Below, in pieces: positions 10,234 to 18,681 of a stretch of DNA of 64,000 nt (position 1 is the stretch's first letter; every line of letters begins with the position of its first letter). The notes under the pieces were generated by a model. The model saw only the letters and a list, made by a program, of their open reading frames with translations, ran no database searches and was not told the origin of the DNA. The position numbers were made by a program, and so were the translations under genes. Location: positions 2,400,001 through 2,464,000 of the forward strand of contig CAWIPH010000002.1 of assembly GCA_963837955.1 (NCBI GenBank), in the 5' to 3' direction. This stretch comes from an uncultured Verrucomicrobiae bacterium. GTDB lineage: Bacteria > Verrucomicrobiota > Verrucomicrobiia > Chthoniobacterales > JAFAMB01.

Positions 10234-11202
10234 TTGAGCCGAAACAGAGTGTTTACCATCGATGAACTTGAGCGGGCAGCGGAAATCGTCCATTCGATTT
10301 TGCCGGCGACGCCGCAGATCCGCTGGCCCTTGTTGTGTCAACGCGTCGAGGCCGAAGTGTGGGTGAAGCAAGAGAATCACACGCCGATTGGTGCATTCAA
10401 AATCAGGGGTGCATTGTTCTACATCTCGGAGCTGCGGCGGAAGAATCCTGAGGTGAAAGGCGTGATTGCCGCGACCCGCGGTAACTTTGGGCAAAGCGTG
10501 GCCTTCGCCGGAGCCAATAGCGGTCTCAAAACCGTGATTGTTGTTCCGCATGGCAATAGCAAGGAGAAGAATTCTGCGATGCGTGCTTTGGGCGCTGAAG
10601 TGATCGAATTCGGCAACGATTTCCAAGATGCCTGGGAGCATGCCGCACACTTGGCGCAAGAATCGCAGCTCCATTTTGTCGATTCCTTTAGTCTTGAGCT
10701 TGTGCAAGGTGTCGCGAGCTACGCCCTGGAGTTGTTTCGGAGTGTTCCGAACCTTGATTATGCCTATGTCCCGATTGGCATGGGCAGCGGTATTTGCGGA
10801 ACCATCGCGGCTAGGAATGCACTGGGATTGAAAACTAGAATAGTCGGCGTCGTTTCTAGCGGTGCTCCAGCCTACGCTCTTTCGTTTCAGGCAGGCAAAC
10901 CCGTCTCCACGTCAGCCGTGAACACGCTGGCCGACGGCATGGCTTGTCGAGTTCCGAATCCTATTGCTGTCGACATCATTAATCAGAACGTCGACCGCGT
11001 CGTCATGGTTTCGGACAGCGAAATTATGGAGGCCATGAAACTCTACTTCAGCGCAACCCACAATGTAGCGGAGGGTGCCGCCGCAGCGCCTCTGGCGGCA
11101 CTGCTGCAAGAGCAGAAGATTATCCGCAATAAACGTGTCGCTTTGATCCACTCCGGGAGCAATATCGACAGTGACCTATTTGCCTCGGTGTTGGCCAGTT
11201 GA
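10234..11202 (+). CDS. PLP-dependent threonine/serine dehydratase-like enzyme without a regulatory domain
   Basis: KQENHTPIGAFKIRG (PLP Lys), ATRGNFGQS, PIGMGSG and SGSN motifs; start uncertain. Confidence 0.85.
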   Translation: MSRNRVFTIDELERAAEIVHSILPATPQIRWPLLCQRVEAEVWVKQENHTPIGAFKIRGALFYISELRRKNPEVKGVIAATRGNFGQSVAFAGANSGLKTVIVVPHGNSKEKNSAMRALGAEVIEFGNDFQDAWEHAAHLAQESQLHFVDSFSLELVQGVASYALELFRSVPNLDYAYVPIGMGSGICGTIAARNALGLKTRIVGVVSSGAPAYALSFQAGKPVSTSAVNTLADGMACRVPNPIAVDIINQNVDRVVMVSDSEIMEAMKLYFSATHNVAEGAAAAPLAALLQEQKIIRNKRVALIHSGSNIDSDLFASVLAS

Positions 11203-11260
11203 AGCCCGACCTGTCTCGGCGGGGAAAGGTCGAAGCTCTGCGCTGAAATGCAGGACTAGT

Positions 11261-12049
11261 TCACTGGGCTTCCGGGACTGGTCCTCCCCTCCGGGGGCCT
11301 GTCCTTTCGGCGCGCTGGGTCGAGGAAAAATGAAACCGCAAATTCTTGCTCGTCCAAAGGACCACCGAATACTCGATGGGACGATTCTTGCGATCGAAGA
11401 TCAGGCTGGTCAGCCGGACCAATGTATCGGAGGTGGCGGTCTGCAATTGTTGCGCTTCGTAAGAAGTTGCTGGCACGATTTCGAGAACGTTCCTGGCATG
11501 ATCTGGGCTCAGGCCGTAACGCTTGGCGATCGTTGACCAAAGAGATCCCTCTTCAAGATCCAGCATCTCCAGACCTGGCACGAGCCTTTGCGGTAGCCAG
11601 GATCTATTCATGGCTATGGGTTGGTTATCGATACTGATGATTCGTCGGACAGATAAAGCCCGAGCACTAGGGCCGAGCTTCAAGGCGTTAGCCACGACCG
11701 CCGATGGAACCTCGACTGAACTCTCGTGGAGAGCTGACCGCGTCCGGTAACCGGCCAATTGCAATTGCCGCGTCATACTTAACATCAGGCCAAGATCGCA
11801 GCTCACGGTGTTTGGTGTGGCGGTGACGACAGTGCCACCCCCAGGTCGCCGGCGGACGAGACCGGCGTCGGCCAGTCTCCGGAGCGCTTGCCGTAATGTC
11901 ATACGACTGACGTCATACATTTCGGCCAACACTGTTTCGGGAGGTAGTCGAACATCCTTCCCGGCCAGCTCCGAATGGATTAAACGGCGAAGGTCTTCCT
12001 CGATCTGAACGTTTGCCGGCAACGAAGAGGAGTGGTCGACCGGCAGCAC
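11261..12049 (-). CDS. GntR (HutC/UTRA subfamily) transcriptional regulator
   Basis: RLPPExxLAxxYxVSRMTLRQAL wHTH plus UTRA-like C-terminus; GTG start at 12049 or 12130. Confidence 0.88.
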   Translation of the reverse strand: MLPVDHSSSLPANVQIEEDLRRLIHSELAGKDVRLPPETVLAEMYDVSRMTLRQALRRLADAGLVRRRPGGGTVVTATPNTVSCDLGLMLSMTRQLQLAGYRTRSALHESSVEVPSAVVANALKLGPSARALSVRRIISIDNQPIAMNRSWLPQRLVPGLEMLDLEEGSLWSTIAKRYGLSPDHARNVLEIVPATSYEAQQLQTATSDTLVRLTSLIFDRKNRPIEYSVVLWTSKNLRFHFSSTQRAERTGPRRGGPVPEAQ

Positions 12050-12153
12050 ATGCAGCCCTGCGATGTTGTTAGGGTGGCCAGCAGTAGCCTTGAAGCGACC
12101 GGTCTCGCCTCGCAGTCGACGCTTCTTCACCGATGTGTTTCGTGGTCGAAGGT

Positions 12154-12735
12154 TCAAGTGAATGCTCCAGCCCGACGTAAACTCTTTGCGATAGCATTGG
12201 CTAGTAGCCCGCCAATGATGCCGTCTCCCGCCATTAACGCGCACACCAAAAGAACTTGGAGCGGCCCAGAGAGTCGAACAAATCCGAACACGTACATAAG
12301 TGATATGGCACAGCCAACTCCGCCGAGAGCGCATGACACGAATGGGGAAAGAGGATGTCGTCGATAAGCGAATATCGCGAACCCGAGTTCCAGTCCGATC
12401 CCTTGCAGGACACCAAAGATCAGTACGATCGAACCATCCAAACTACCGGCTAATACTTCGACCAGGCTCATCAAGCACGATGTCGCCAGGGCCACACCCG
12501 GTTTTGGGATGATGATTCCAGCCAGCGTCGCCCAAAATATGAAAAACGGGTTATCGAGGGCCGCTCCGAATGGACCTAGGACACCTTCAATAAGTTTTGC
12601 CCACGGACCGATCAAGAACGCACCGACGATGCCACCGATGGCAGAAATCGCGGCGATAGTCAGAATATCTTTGGTGGAATAACTTGGCCTTCGAACAGTG
12701 GCAGGGTTTCGATTCTTATTTTCTAACTCAGACAT
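12154..12735 (-). CDS. ECF transporter substrate-binding S component (YkoE-like)
   Basis: Small protein with about 6 TM segments, IIPKPGVA and QGIGLELGF motifs; co-oriented with T and A components. Confidence 0.78.
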   Translation of the reverse strand: MSELENKNRNPATVRRPSYSTKDILTIAAISAIGGIVGAFLIGPWAKLIEGVLGPFGAALDNPFFIFWATLAGIIIPKPGVALATSCLMSLVEVLAGSLDGSIVLIFGVLQGIGLELGFAIFAYRRHPLSPFVSCALGGVGCAISLMYVFGFVRLSGPLQVLLVCALMAGDGIIGGLLANAIAKSLRRAGAFT

Positions 12736-12795
12736 GACGACTGGTTGTTTCGAACTTTCTCTTCGGCGCGGTGAAATTTCCTCATCTTTGGCTAA

Positions 12796-13617
12796 TCAAT
12801 GGCCGCCCACGGGAGGTCTGATTAGAAAGGGTCCCGTGCTATCGACGATTTTCCACGTAACTAAGCTCAGCAGCAGCAATAGTTGGGATCCAGCGATCAT
12901 CCACCCGGCCGGGTGACGGTGCAGTTCGTCTAACTCGGTCCGCGTTGCGTGTGCTCCGAATCCGCGTGCATCCATTGCCACGGCCATGGTTTGAACGCGA
13001 CGAAGGGCTCCGGCCAGTAGTGGAATTGCTAACCTCCTGGCAAGCTCAAACCGGGAAATCAGGCCGCGGCTTCCAGAGGTATCCGCACGAATCGCGTGCG
13101 CATGGTAGATGATGCGGGCCTCATGCTGGAGCAAGGGCAGAAAACGAAGCGCAGCATAGATGGCAAACCCGGCGCGATAAGGAAGATGACCATACTTCAC
13201 AAATTCAGCGACCATCCGCCGAGGATCAGTGGTCAGAACGAAGATAGCCGAAGCGGTTCCCAGTGTAAAAATGCGCAGGGCCAACGTCGCGGAATAGGAG
13301 AGGTTGGAAGGCCCTATCTTAACGAAACCAATGTGGATGAAATAGGAATCCTCCGCCTGCTGAGAGAATAGGGTAAGGAAGATGAACAACCAGGCCGAGA
13401 CGAGCGCGACGTGAATCGTTCGCCGGAAGAGCGTCCACAGCGGAAGCCGACCGATCAATATCCCGGTGGCGATCACGGAAAAATAGACAATGATCGCTTG
13501 CAGAGGACTGCTAACCAATACGGCAGCGATCGTGACCAGGAGCAACCAAACAAATTTACTCACGGCGTCTGCTCGATGGAGTATCGAACTTCCTGGTTCG
13601 TAGACAAAAGGGCTCAT
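12796..13617 (-). CDS. ECF transporter transmembrane T component (CbiQ/EcfT)
   Basis: LHRADAVSK, ALRFLP and AMDARGF motifs; ATG 13617 overlaps the ATPase stop. Confidence 0.88.
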   Translation of the reverse strand: MSPFVYEPGSSILHRADAVSKFVWLLLVTIAAVLVSSPLQAIIVYFSVIATGILIGRLPLWTLFRRTIHVALVSAWLFIFLTLFSQQAEDSYFIHIGFVKIGPSNLSYSATLALRIFTLGTASAIFVLTTDPRRMVAEFVKYGHLPYRAGFAIYAALRFLPLLQHEARIIYHAHAIRADTSGSRGLISRFELARRLAIPLLAGALRRVQTMAVAMDARGFGAHATRTELDELHRHPAGWMIAGSQLLLLLSLVTWKIVDSTGPFLIRPPVGGH

Positions 13618-15359
13618 CTTTGACAGGGGAGTGCGCCCGTCTTGTTCAGGCAAGCGCGAGCCAGGCGTTCCGGATCAGGACAAAAATTCAGGTCAGAGAT
13701 GCGAGTGGCCAGAGCACGCCAAAGCTCGTATTCCTCCAGTGGTTCCAAATGCCAACGCGGTTTAGCGTGCAAAGCTTCAAGTAACGCGAGAGTTGCACCG
13801 TCAAAGACAATACTCCCGCCGGATAAAACGATGGCGCGATCTGCCAGCTCGGCCATCAGGCAGAGATCGTGAGTAACTAATAGGACGCCGATTCCTTCTG
13901 CGCTTAGTTCCCGGATGATCGCTGCTAATTGGTCTGTATGCGCTTGATCTTGCCCAAAGGTTGGTTCATCCAGAACGAGAATCTTAGGACGATAGACGGC
14001 CATCGCCGCAATCGACAGACGACGTTTCTGGCCCTGCGACAATTTGAACGGGTGACGATCCGCAAATCGCAAAAGATCAAAGCGTTCAAGCTGTTCTTTC
14101 GCTTTATCCGTAACATCTCTGGTGTTCGGCTCTATCCGGCGAATGCTAATGGCGACTTCTTCCAGTACGCTGTCGGTGATGAATTGGTGCTCAGGGTATT
14201 GGAAAACATAGCCGACATACGTTGAAAGCTGGCGAACGGAAAGCGTGGCGGTATCTTTTCCGTCGACGCGAATGCGACCTCTCTTTGGGCGGTTCAGTCC
14301 GACGAGAAGGGAAGCGAGTGTGGATTTCCCGGATCCATTCGCTCCGAGAACGGCAACAATCTCTCCTCTTTTTAGCTCGAACGAAATGTCGCTGAGGACT
14401 TCGATTTGTTCGTTATAACTGAACGCTACTCTTTCGATCGTGAGCACCGGTGCGGATCCGTTAATGGATCGAACACCAACCTGTGGTGCCGAGTCAGCAA
14501 GACTCGGTCCGGCAATGCGATCAAAATCGATCTCTGACAGAGTCAACGGAACCGGAAGATCGGATCTAGCTAGCGCGTCCCAAAAGGAGACTGCCGCCGG
14601 CAGCCTGATGCCATTCTCTTTGATTTCGCGAACCGAACTGGAGAGAACGCTGCGCGGAGCCCCGCTATGCAAAACTGTTCCTTCCTTCATTATCACCAGT
14701 CGTTCCGACGCGGCTAGCAACTCTCCTGGATGATGCTCCACAATAAGGCTCGTCATTCCGGCATGGCTGAGAATCTCCCTCATCACTCGGAGAACCTCAG
14801 AACGTCCGGCGGGATCCAGGTTTGCCGTAGGCTCATCCATAACCAGCACCGAGGGGTGCATAACGAGGGCTGCCGCAATTGCTACGCGCTGTTTCTGCCC
14901 TCCAGAGAGATCGAACACCCAGTCATGGAGCCGGTCTGCCAGGCCGACAAATTCAACGGTCTCACCAAGGCGACGGATTATCTCGTCTCGATTTATCAGA
15001 AGATTTTGCGGCCCAAACGCGATCTCATCCCGCGTGGTGATAGTGCATAATTGGGAGTCAGGATCCTGGAAGACTAATCCGACGAGACTAGCGATGGCTG
15101 AGAGCGACAACTGCAAAGGATCGTGCTCACCGATTCGGACTTTTCCGGAAGAGGGACCACCTGTGATTCTTGGAACAATTCCGTTTAGGGTAAGACCAAG
15201 CGTACTCTTGCCGGAGCCGGACGACCCCATGACCAGGACGCGCTCACCCGGTTCGATGGCCAGAGAGACGTTGGCCAGGGCCGGCGAATTCGCATCGGGA
15301 TAGGTGAACGAGAACTGATCCCAAAGCAGAGGGAGAGCGGCTGTTTGGCTGTGGCTCAT
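13614..15359 (-). CDS. ECF transporter duplicated ATPase (YkoD-like)
   Basis: Two Walker A motifs (GSSGSGKST, GANGSGKST), two signature motifs (LSGGQ, LSQGQ), FQDPDSQ and DEPTFGQD. Confidence 0.9.
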   Translation of the reverse strand: MSHSQTAALPLLWDQFSFTYPDANSPALANVSLAIEPGERVLVMGSSGSGKSTLGLTLNGIVPRITGGPSSGKVRIGEHDPLQLSLSAIASLVGLVFQDPDSQLCTITTRDEIAFGPQNLLINRDEIIRRLGETVEFVGLADRLHDWVFDLSGGQKQRVAIAAALVMHPSVLVMDEPTANLDPAGRSEVLRVMREILSHAGMTSLIVEHHPGELLAASERLVIMKEGTVLHSGAPRSVLSSSVREIKENGIRLPAAVSFWDALARSDLPVPLTLSEIDFDRIAGPSLADSAPQVGVRSINGSAPVLTIERVAFSYNEQIEVLSDISFELKRGEIVAVLGANGSGKSTLASLLVGLNRPKRGRIRVDGKDTATLSVRQLSTYVGYVFQYPEHQFITDSVLEEVAISIRRIEPNTRDVTDKAKEQLERFDLLRFADRHPFKLSQGQKRRLSIAAMAVYRPKILVLDEPTFGQDQAHTDQLAAIIRELSAEGIGVLLVTHDLCLMAELADRAIVLSGGSIVFDGATLALLEALHAKPRWHLEPLEEYELWRALATRISDLNFCPDPERLARACLNKTGALPCQR

Positions 15360-15422
15360 TCGCTGACTAGGTCCTAGCATTCGCGGTCATTAAAGAGAAA
15401 TGTTTTGCACGCGGAAAAGCGA

Positions 15423-15448
15423 TAGTCTAATAGACTAGACTATTAGTC
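15423..15448. promoter_or_regulatory. Candidate GntR operator (overlapping palindromes) between divergent operons
   Basis: TAGTCTA-A-TAGACTA at 15423-15437 and CTAATAG-N6-CTATTAG at 15427-15446. Confidence 0.55.
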
Positions 15449-15454
15449 AATCGC

Positions 15455-17299
15455 ATGTCCGAACAGACTTTTAGCCAACCCCCAACCATCCTTGTCGCCG
15501 GATCAGCCGCTCTGCTCGATCTGATCCTGCATGTCGACCGGTTTCCGGGTCCTTCCGAAGTGGCGAACCTCCTGGCCAACGCCGATGGGCGCTGGTTGCC
15601 AGGTGGCTGCGCGATGACGATCGCGCTTGCCGCTACCCAGCAAGGTGTGAAGGTCCGCCTCTGGCATCCGTTGCCCCAGGATTCGATTTACCCGCTCTCG
15701 CGGCTCCGGCGAGCGGGCATTGATCTGACAGCTTGTCCCCGCTTTTCGGGCCCAGTGGGACGATGTGTGCTGGTTTACGCCGGCCAACAGCGGGCTTCAT
15801 GGACCACCGTTCCGCAAGGTGACGATTTCGACTTCGATCCGTACATTCTTAGCGGCGTTTCTCATGTGGTGGTGACGGCTAAATGGGGCCGGTGGGCGGA
15901 CCGGCTCATTGAGCTAGCTCGAGCTAACAGTATCTCCTGCTCGTTAATTGGTGAAGCACCGCCAGCCGGCCTTCGTTTTCCCTGGCATACAGTTGTGGTT
16001 GATGAACACCAGTCCCATCGGGTCGGCGAAGAGGACTGCCGCATCAGAATAGTTACCCGAGGAAGAGAGGGAGCAACGATCACTTGGTCTGATCGAACGA
16101 TTTATGTGCCGGCAGTGAAGACCGATGTGGTCGAAACAACGGGCGCAGGTGACGTGTTCGGCGGGACTTTCATGGGCCGGCTGCTGCAGGATCCGAACGA
16201 TGTTCCGAGAGCTGCCGCTGACGCTTCCGTGATGGCTGCTCGAGCCTGTTCCGTCTGGGGCGCCCAAGGATTGTTCGATCACACTCCTGAATCCCAAAAG
16301 GATATCGATAGCCGCATTCGTGGAGCGCTCTGGGGTCTCGCTTGCGGCGACGCTTTCGGGATGCCCAACTCATTCATGCGTCATCCTCGATGGCTAACGG
16401 AAATGGAGCCCGGTCCTTTGGAAAATCCCTACCATGCCGGGTACTCGAGGGGCCGAATTACTGATGATACTGAGCAAGCGCTGGCCTTGACGTCCGCATA
16501 TGAGGACGCGGATGGACCCTCACCCCAAGCTTATGCGCGCCGGCTATTTGCCTGGTTCGAACAGGTTGGTGGCGCGGATTCGCTCGCGGTCGGTCCGAGT
16601 ACCATGCAAGCAATGTTGGCCTATGGCCGCGGCGTGCCGGTAGAGGAAACCGGTCTACAGGGAGTGACCAACGGGGCGGCGATGCGCATCGCTCCGATAG
16701 GAATCATCTGTGGTCTGCGTGGCTGTTCCTTACCGGAATTGCTCTCGGAAGTGTTGTCCGCCTGTATTCCCACCCATAACACGGCGCCGGCAATATCCGG
16801 AGCCATGGCCGTAGCCGCAGCAGTAAGTGCAGCAATCCAAGGGTTGAGCTGGAGTGAAATCATGCAGCAGGCAATTGAGGGGTCTGTGCTCGGATCCGAG
16901 GAGGGAAGGTGGCACTACGCGCCAGATCTTGGCCAAAAGATTAAGTTTTCAAGAGCATTGATTCAGACCGCCACTTCTCCAGAGCAGGCAGCAAAAATTG
17001 CAGGGGAGGTGATCGGTGCGGGAACACCCGTTGCGGAGTCGATCGCAGCTGCAATCGCAATTGCCGACTTTGCCGGCGGTGATCCGCGCGAGGCGATCGA
17101 AATCGCAGGGAATACCATGGGTGACTCGGATACCGTCGCGGCTATAGCCGGTGCCATTTGTGGCGCGTTTGCCGGAGAGGCAGCCTTGCCGTTGGATTGG
17201 CGTAATTCTGTCGCTCAGACCAACAATTTGGATATCGGGGGTTGGGCAAGTCGTCTGCGACGTCTTTCAGCGGAGAAATCCTTTCTGACGAAGAAATGA
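15455..17299 (+). CDS. Fusion of a PfkB-family carbohydrate kinase and an ADP-ribosylglycohydrolase
   Basis: N-half has VTRGREGA and VETTGAGDVF; C-half has GDAFGMP, TDDTEQ, NGAAMRIAP and GDSDTVAAIAG. Confidence 0.88.
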   Translation: MSEQTFSQPPTILVAGSAALLDLILHVDRFPGPSEVANLLANADGRWLPGGCAMTIALAATQQGVKVRLWHPLPQDSIYPLSRLRRAGIDLTACPRFSGPVGRCVLVYAGQQRASWTTVPQGDDFDFDPYILSGVSHVVVTAKWGRWADRLIELARANSISCSLIGEAPPAGLRFPWHTVVVDEHQSHRVGEEDCRIRIVTRGREGATITWSDRTIYVPAVKTDVVETTGAGDVFGGTFMGRLLQDPNDVPRAAADASVMAARACSVWGAQGLFDHTPESQKDIDSRIRGALWGLACGDAFGMPNSFMRHPRWLTEMEPGPLENPYHAGYSRGRITDDTEQALALTSAYEDADGPSPQAYARRLFAWFEQVGGADSLAVGPSTMQAMLAYGRGVPVEETGLQGVTNGAAMRIAPIGIICGLRGCSLPELLSEVLSACIPTHNTAPAISGAMAVAAAVSAAIQGLSWSEIMQQAIEGSVLGSEEGRWHYAPDLGQKIKFSRALIQTATSPEQAAKIAGEVIGAGTPVAESIAAAIAIADFAGGDPREAIEIAGNTMGDSDTVAAIAGAICGAFAGEAALPLDWRNSVAQTNNLDIGGWASRLRRLSAEKSFLTKK

Positions 17300-18246
17300 A
17301 AAAGATTCTGATCGATTGTGACCCCGGCATAGACGATGCCCTTGCGTTGATGGTAGCGGCTCATTCGCCAGAGCTGGAGCTGTCAGCGATCACTACTGTT
17401 TCCGGAAATCTACCTGCTGATCGGTGCAACGCGAACGCGAGAAAAATATTGGACCTGATCGACGTCCACCACGTTCCAGTCGGCTGCGGCGCGATGAAAC
17501 CCTTGGTGCGAACTTTTCCTCACGACCCATTCTCTCATGGTGCAGATGGACTCGGTGATTTGGGGCTGCCCGACCCGAGCTTTCCGAGTAGTCCGATCTT
17601 CGGTCCCGATCTGATTATACAGATGGCCAACGAGCATCCGGGTGAACTCACGGTCATCGCGACCGGCCCGTTGACGAATATTGCCTTAGCCCTGATCAAG
17701 GACCCGACCCTACCACAGCGAATTTCGCAGTTGATCGTCCTAGGCGGTGCTTATGGCTTTCACGCAGTGAGTTCGACGCGCGCGACCGGGGACAATCCAG
17801 TCAGCGAGTGGAACATTTACGTTGACCCGGACGCTGCCAAAACGGTATTCGCCGCGAACTTCAATCTGCTGGCGATCGGGCTTGACGTTGCGGCGCGCGA
17901 CGAACTCCAGCTGACGCAGCATCACTACGACCAGATTCGTTCACGGAAAACTCAAGCCGGCTGGTTTCTCCTAGGTATTCTAAGATTTTTAGAGGGACGG
18001 GGATTTCGCGCCTACTGTGCGTTGATCGACTCACTGGCGGTGGCTGCCGCCATTGACCCGTCGATATTTGCTACCGAACAAATTCGCGTCGCCGTTGAGA
18101 CAGTAAGTCCATTGACACTGGGTCAGACCGTCGTCGATCGCCGGGAACATTTCCGATGGGAACATTTGCCCACCATTACAGCAGCCGCGGATCTCGACGC
18201 CGGTCGCTTCATCGATCTGTTAGTCAACGCGATTTCCCGCACTTAA
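17296..18246 (+). CDS. Nucleoside hydrolase (IU-NH family)
   Basis: IDCDPGIDDALA, HGADGLG, GPLTNIA and EWNIYVDP motifs; ATGA overlap with the fusion gene. Confidence 0.92.
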   Translation: MKKILIDCDPGIDDALALMVAAHSPELELSAITTVSGNLPADRCNANARKILDLIDVHHVPVGCGAMKPLVRTFPHDPFSHGADGLGDLGLPDPSFPSSPIFGPDLIIQMANEHPGELTVIATGPLTNIALALIKDPTLPQRISQLIVLGGAYGFHAVSSTRATGDNPVSEWNIYVDPDAAKTVFAANFNLLAIGLDVAARDELQLTQHHYDQIRSRKTQAGWFLLGILRFLEGRGFRAYCALIDSLAVAAAIDPSIFATEQIRVAVETVSPLTLGQTVVDRREHFRWEHLPTITAAADLDAGRFIDLLVNAISRT

Positions 18247-18432
18247 GCAATGAAAACGGACAGAGGGGACTCAGGGCTATCAAGTGATAAGGCGGTGTGC
18301 GACGTGCACTCCGGAGTGTGAAATTTTCGCCGATACAAGCAATTTGTTTCAATTATCTAACAAAAAGAACCGAAGTCGATCTAACATGCTATAGCGGGGA
18401 TATTACTTTCACAAAGCTCGACTTTAACACAT

Positions 18433-18450
18433 CTGTTAAATTGTTAACAG
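18433..18450. promoter_or_regulatory. Palindrome CTGTTAA-N4-TTAACAG, candidate activator binding site
   Basis: Perfect 7-bp arms in AT-rich intergenic DNA about 200 bp upstream of the sigma54-like site. Confidence 0.4.
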
Positions 18451-18649
18451 CGAGTGGTGAATATTGGTCAGTAACTAAGAGCGCGAAAATAGCTTACGCG
18501 CCTGACGGTGTTTTGTTGTCTGATACTGTCATTAAGTAAATTATCAGTAACGGAATTTGGAAGCCGGGATCGGTCAGAATTCAACTGTTTGCATGAAATT
18601 TCGGTCAACGGATCGTTGCGGTAAGGTAACATCCTTGGCCTAACTGTTC

Positions 18650-18664
18650 TGGCATAGAAGTTGC
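18650..18664 (+). promoter_or_regulatory. Sigma54 -24/-12 promoter candidate
   Basis: TGGCATAGAAGTTGC fits TGGCAC-N5-TTGC with GG-N10-GC spacing, directly upstream of the TonB receptor. Confidence 0.65.
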
Positions 18665-18681
18665 CTCAACAGAGAAGTCAA

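Noticed and set aside
12050..12334. Long N-terminal extension of GntR (similar extensions on DhaK, HpaB, BMP and the adaptor)
   Set aside because: The extensions overlap neighbouring genes or repeats and lack family similarity; they reflect longest-ORF calling
15360..15455. TPP riboswitch ahead of the YkoE-like ECF operon
   Set aside because: The gap is under 100 bp and has no recognisable riboswitch core
15455..17299. DraG nitrogenase regulator or anti-toxin role for the glycohydrolase
   Set aside because: No draT, nif or ADP-ribosyltransferase nearby; the context is small-molecule salvage
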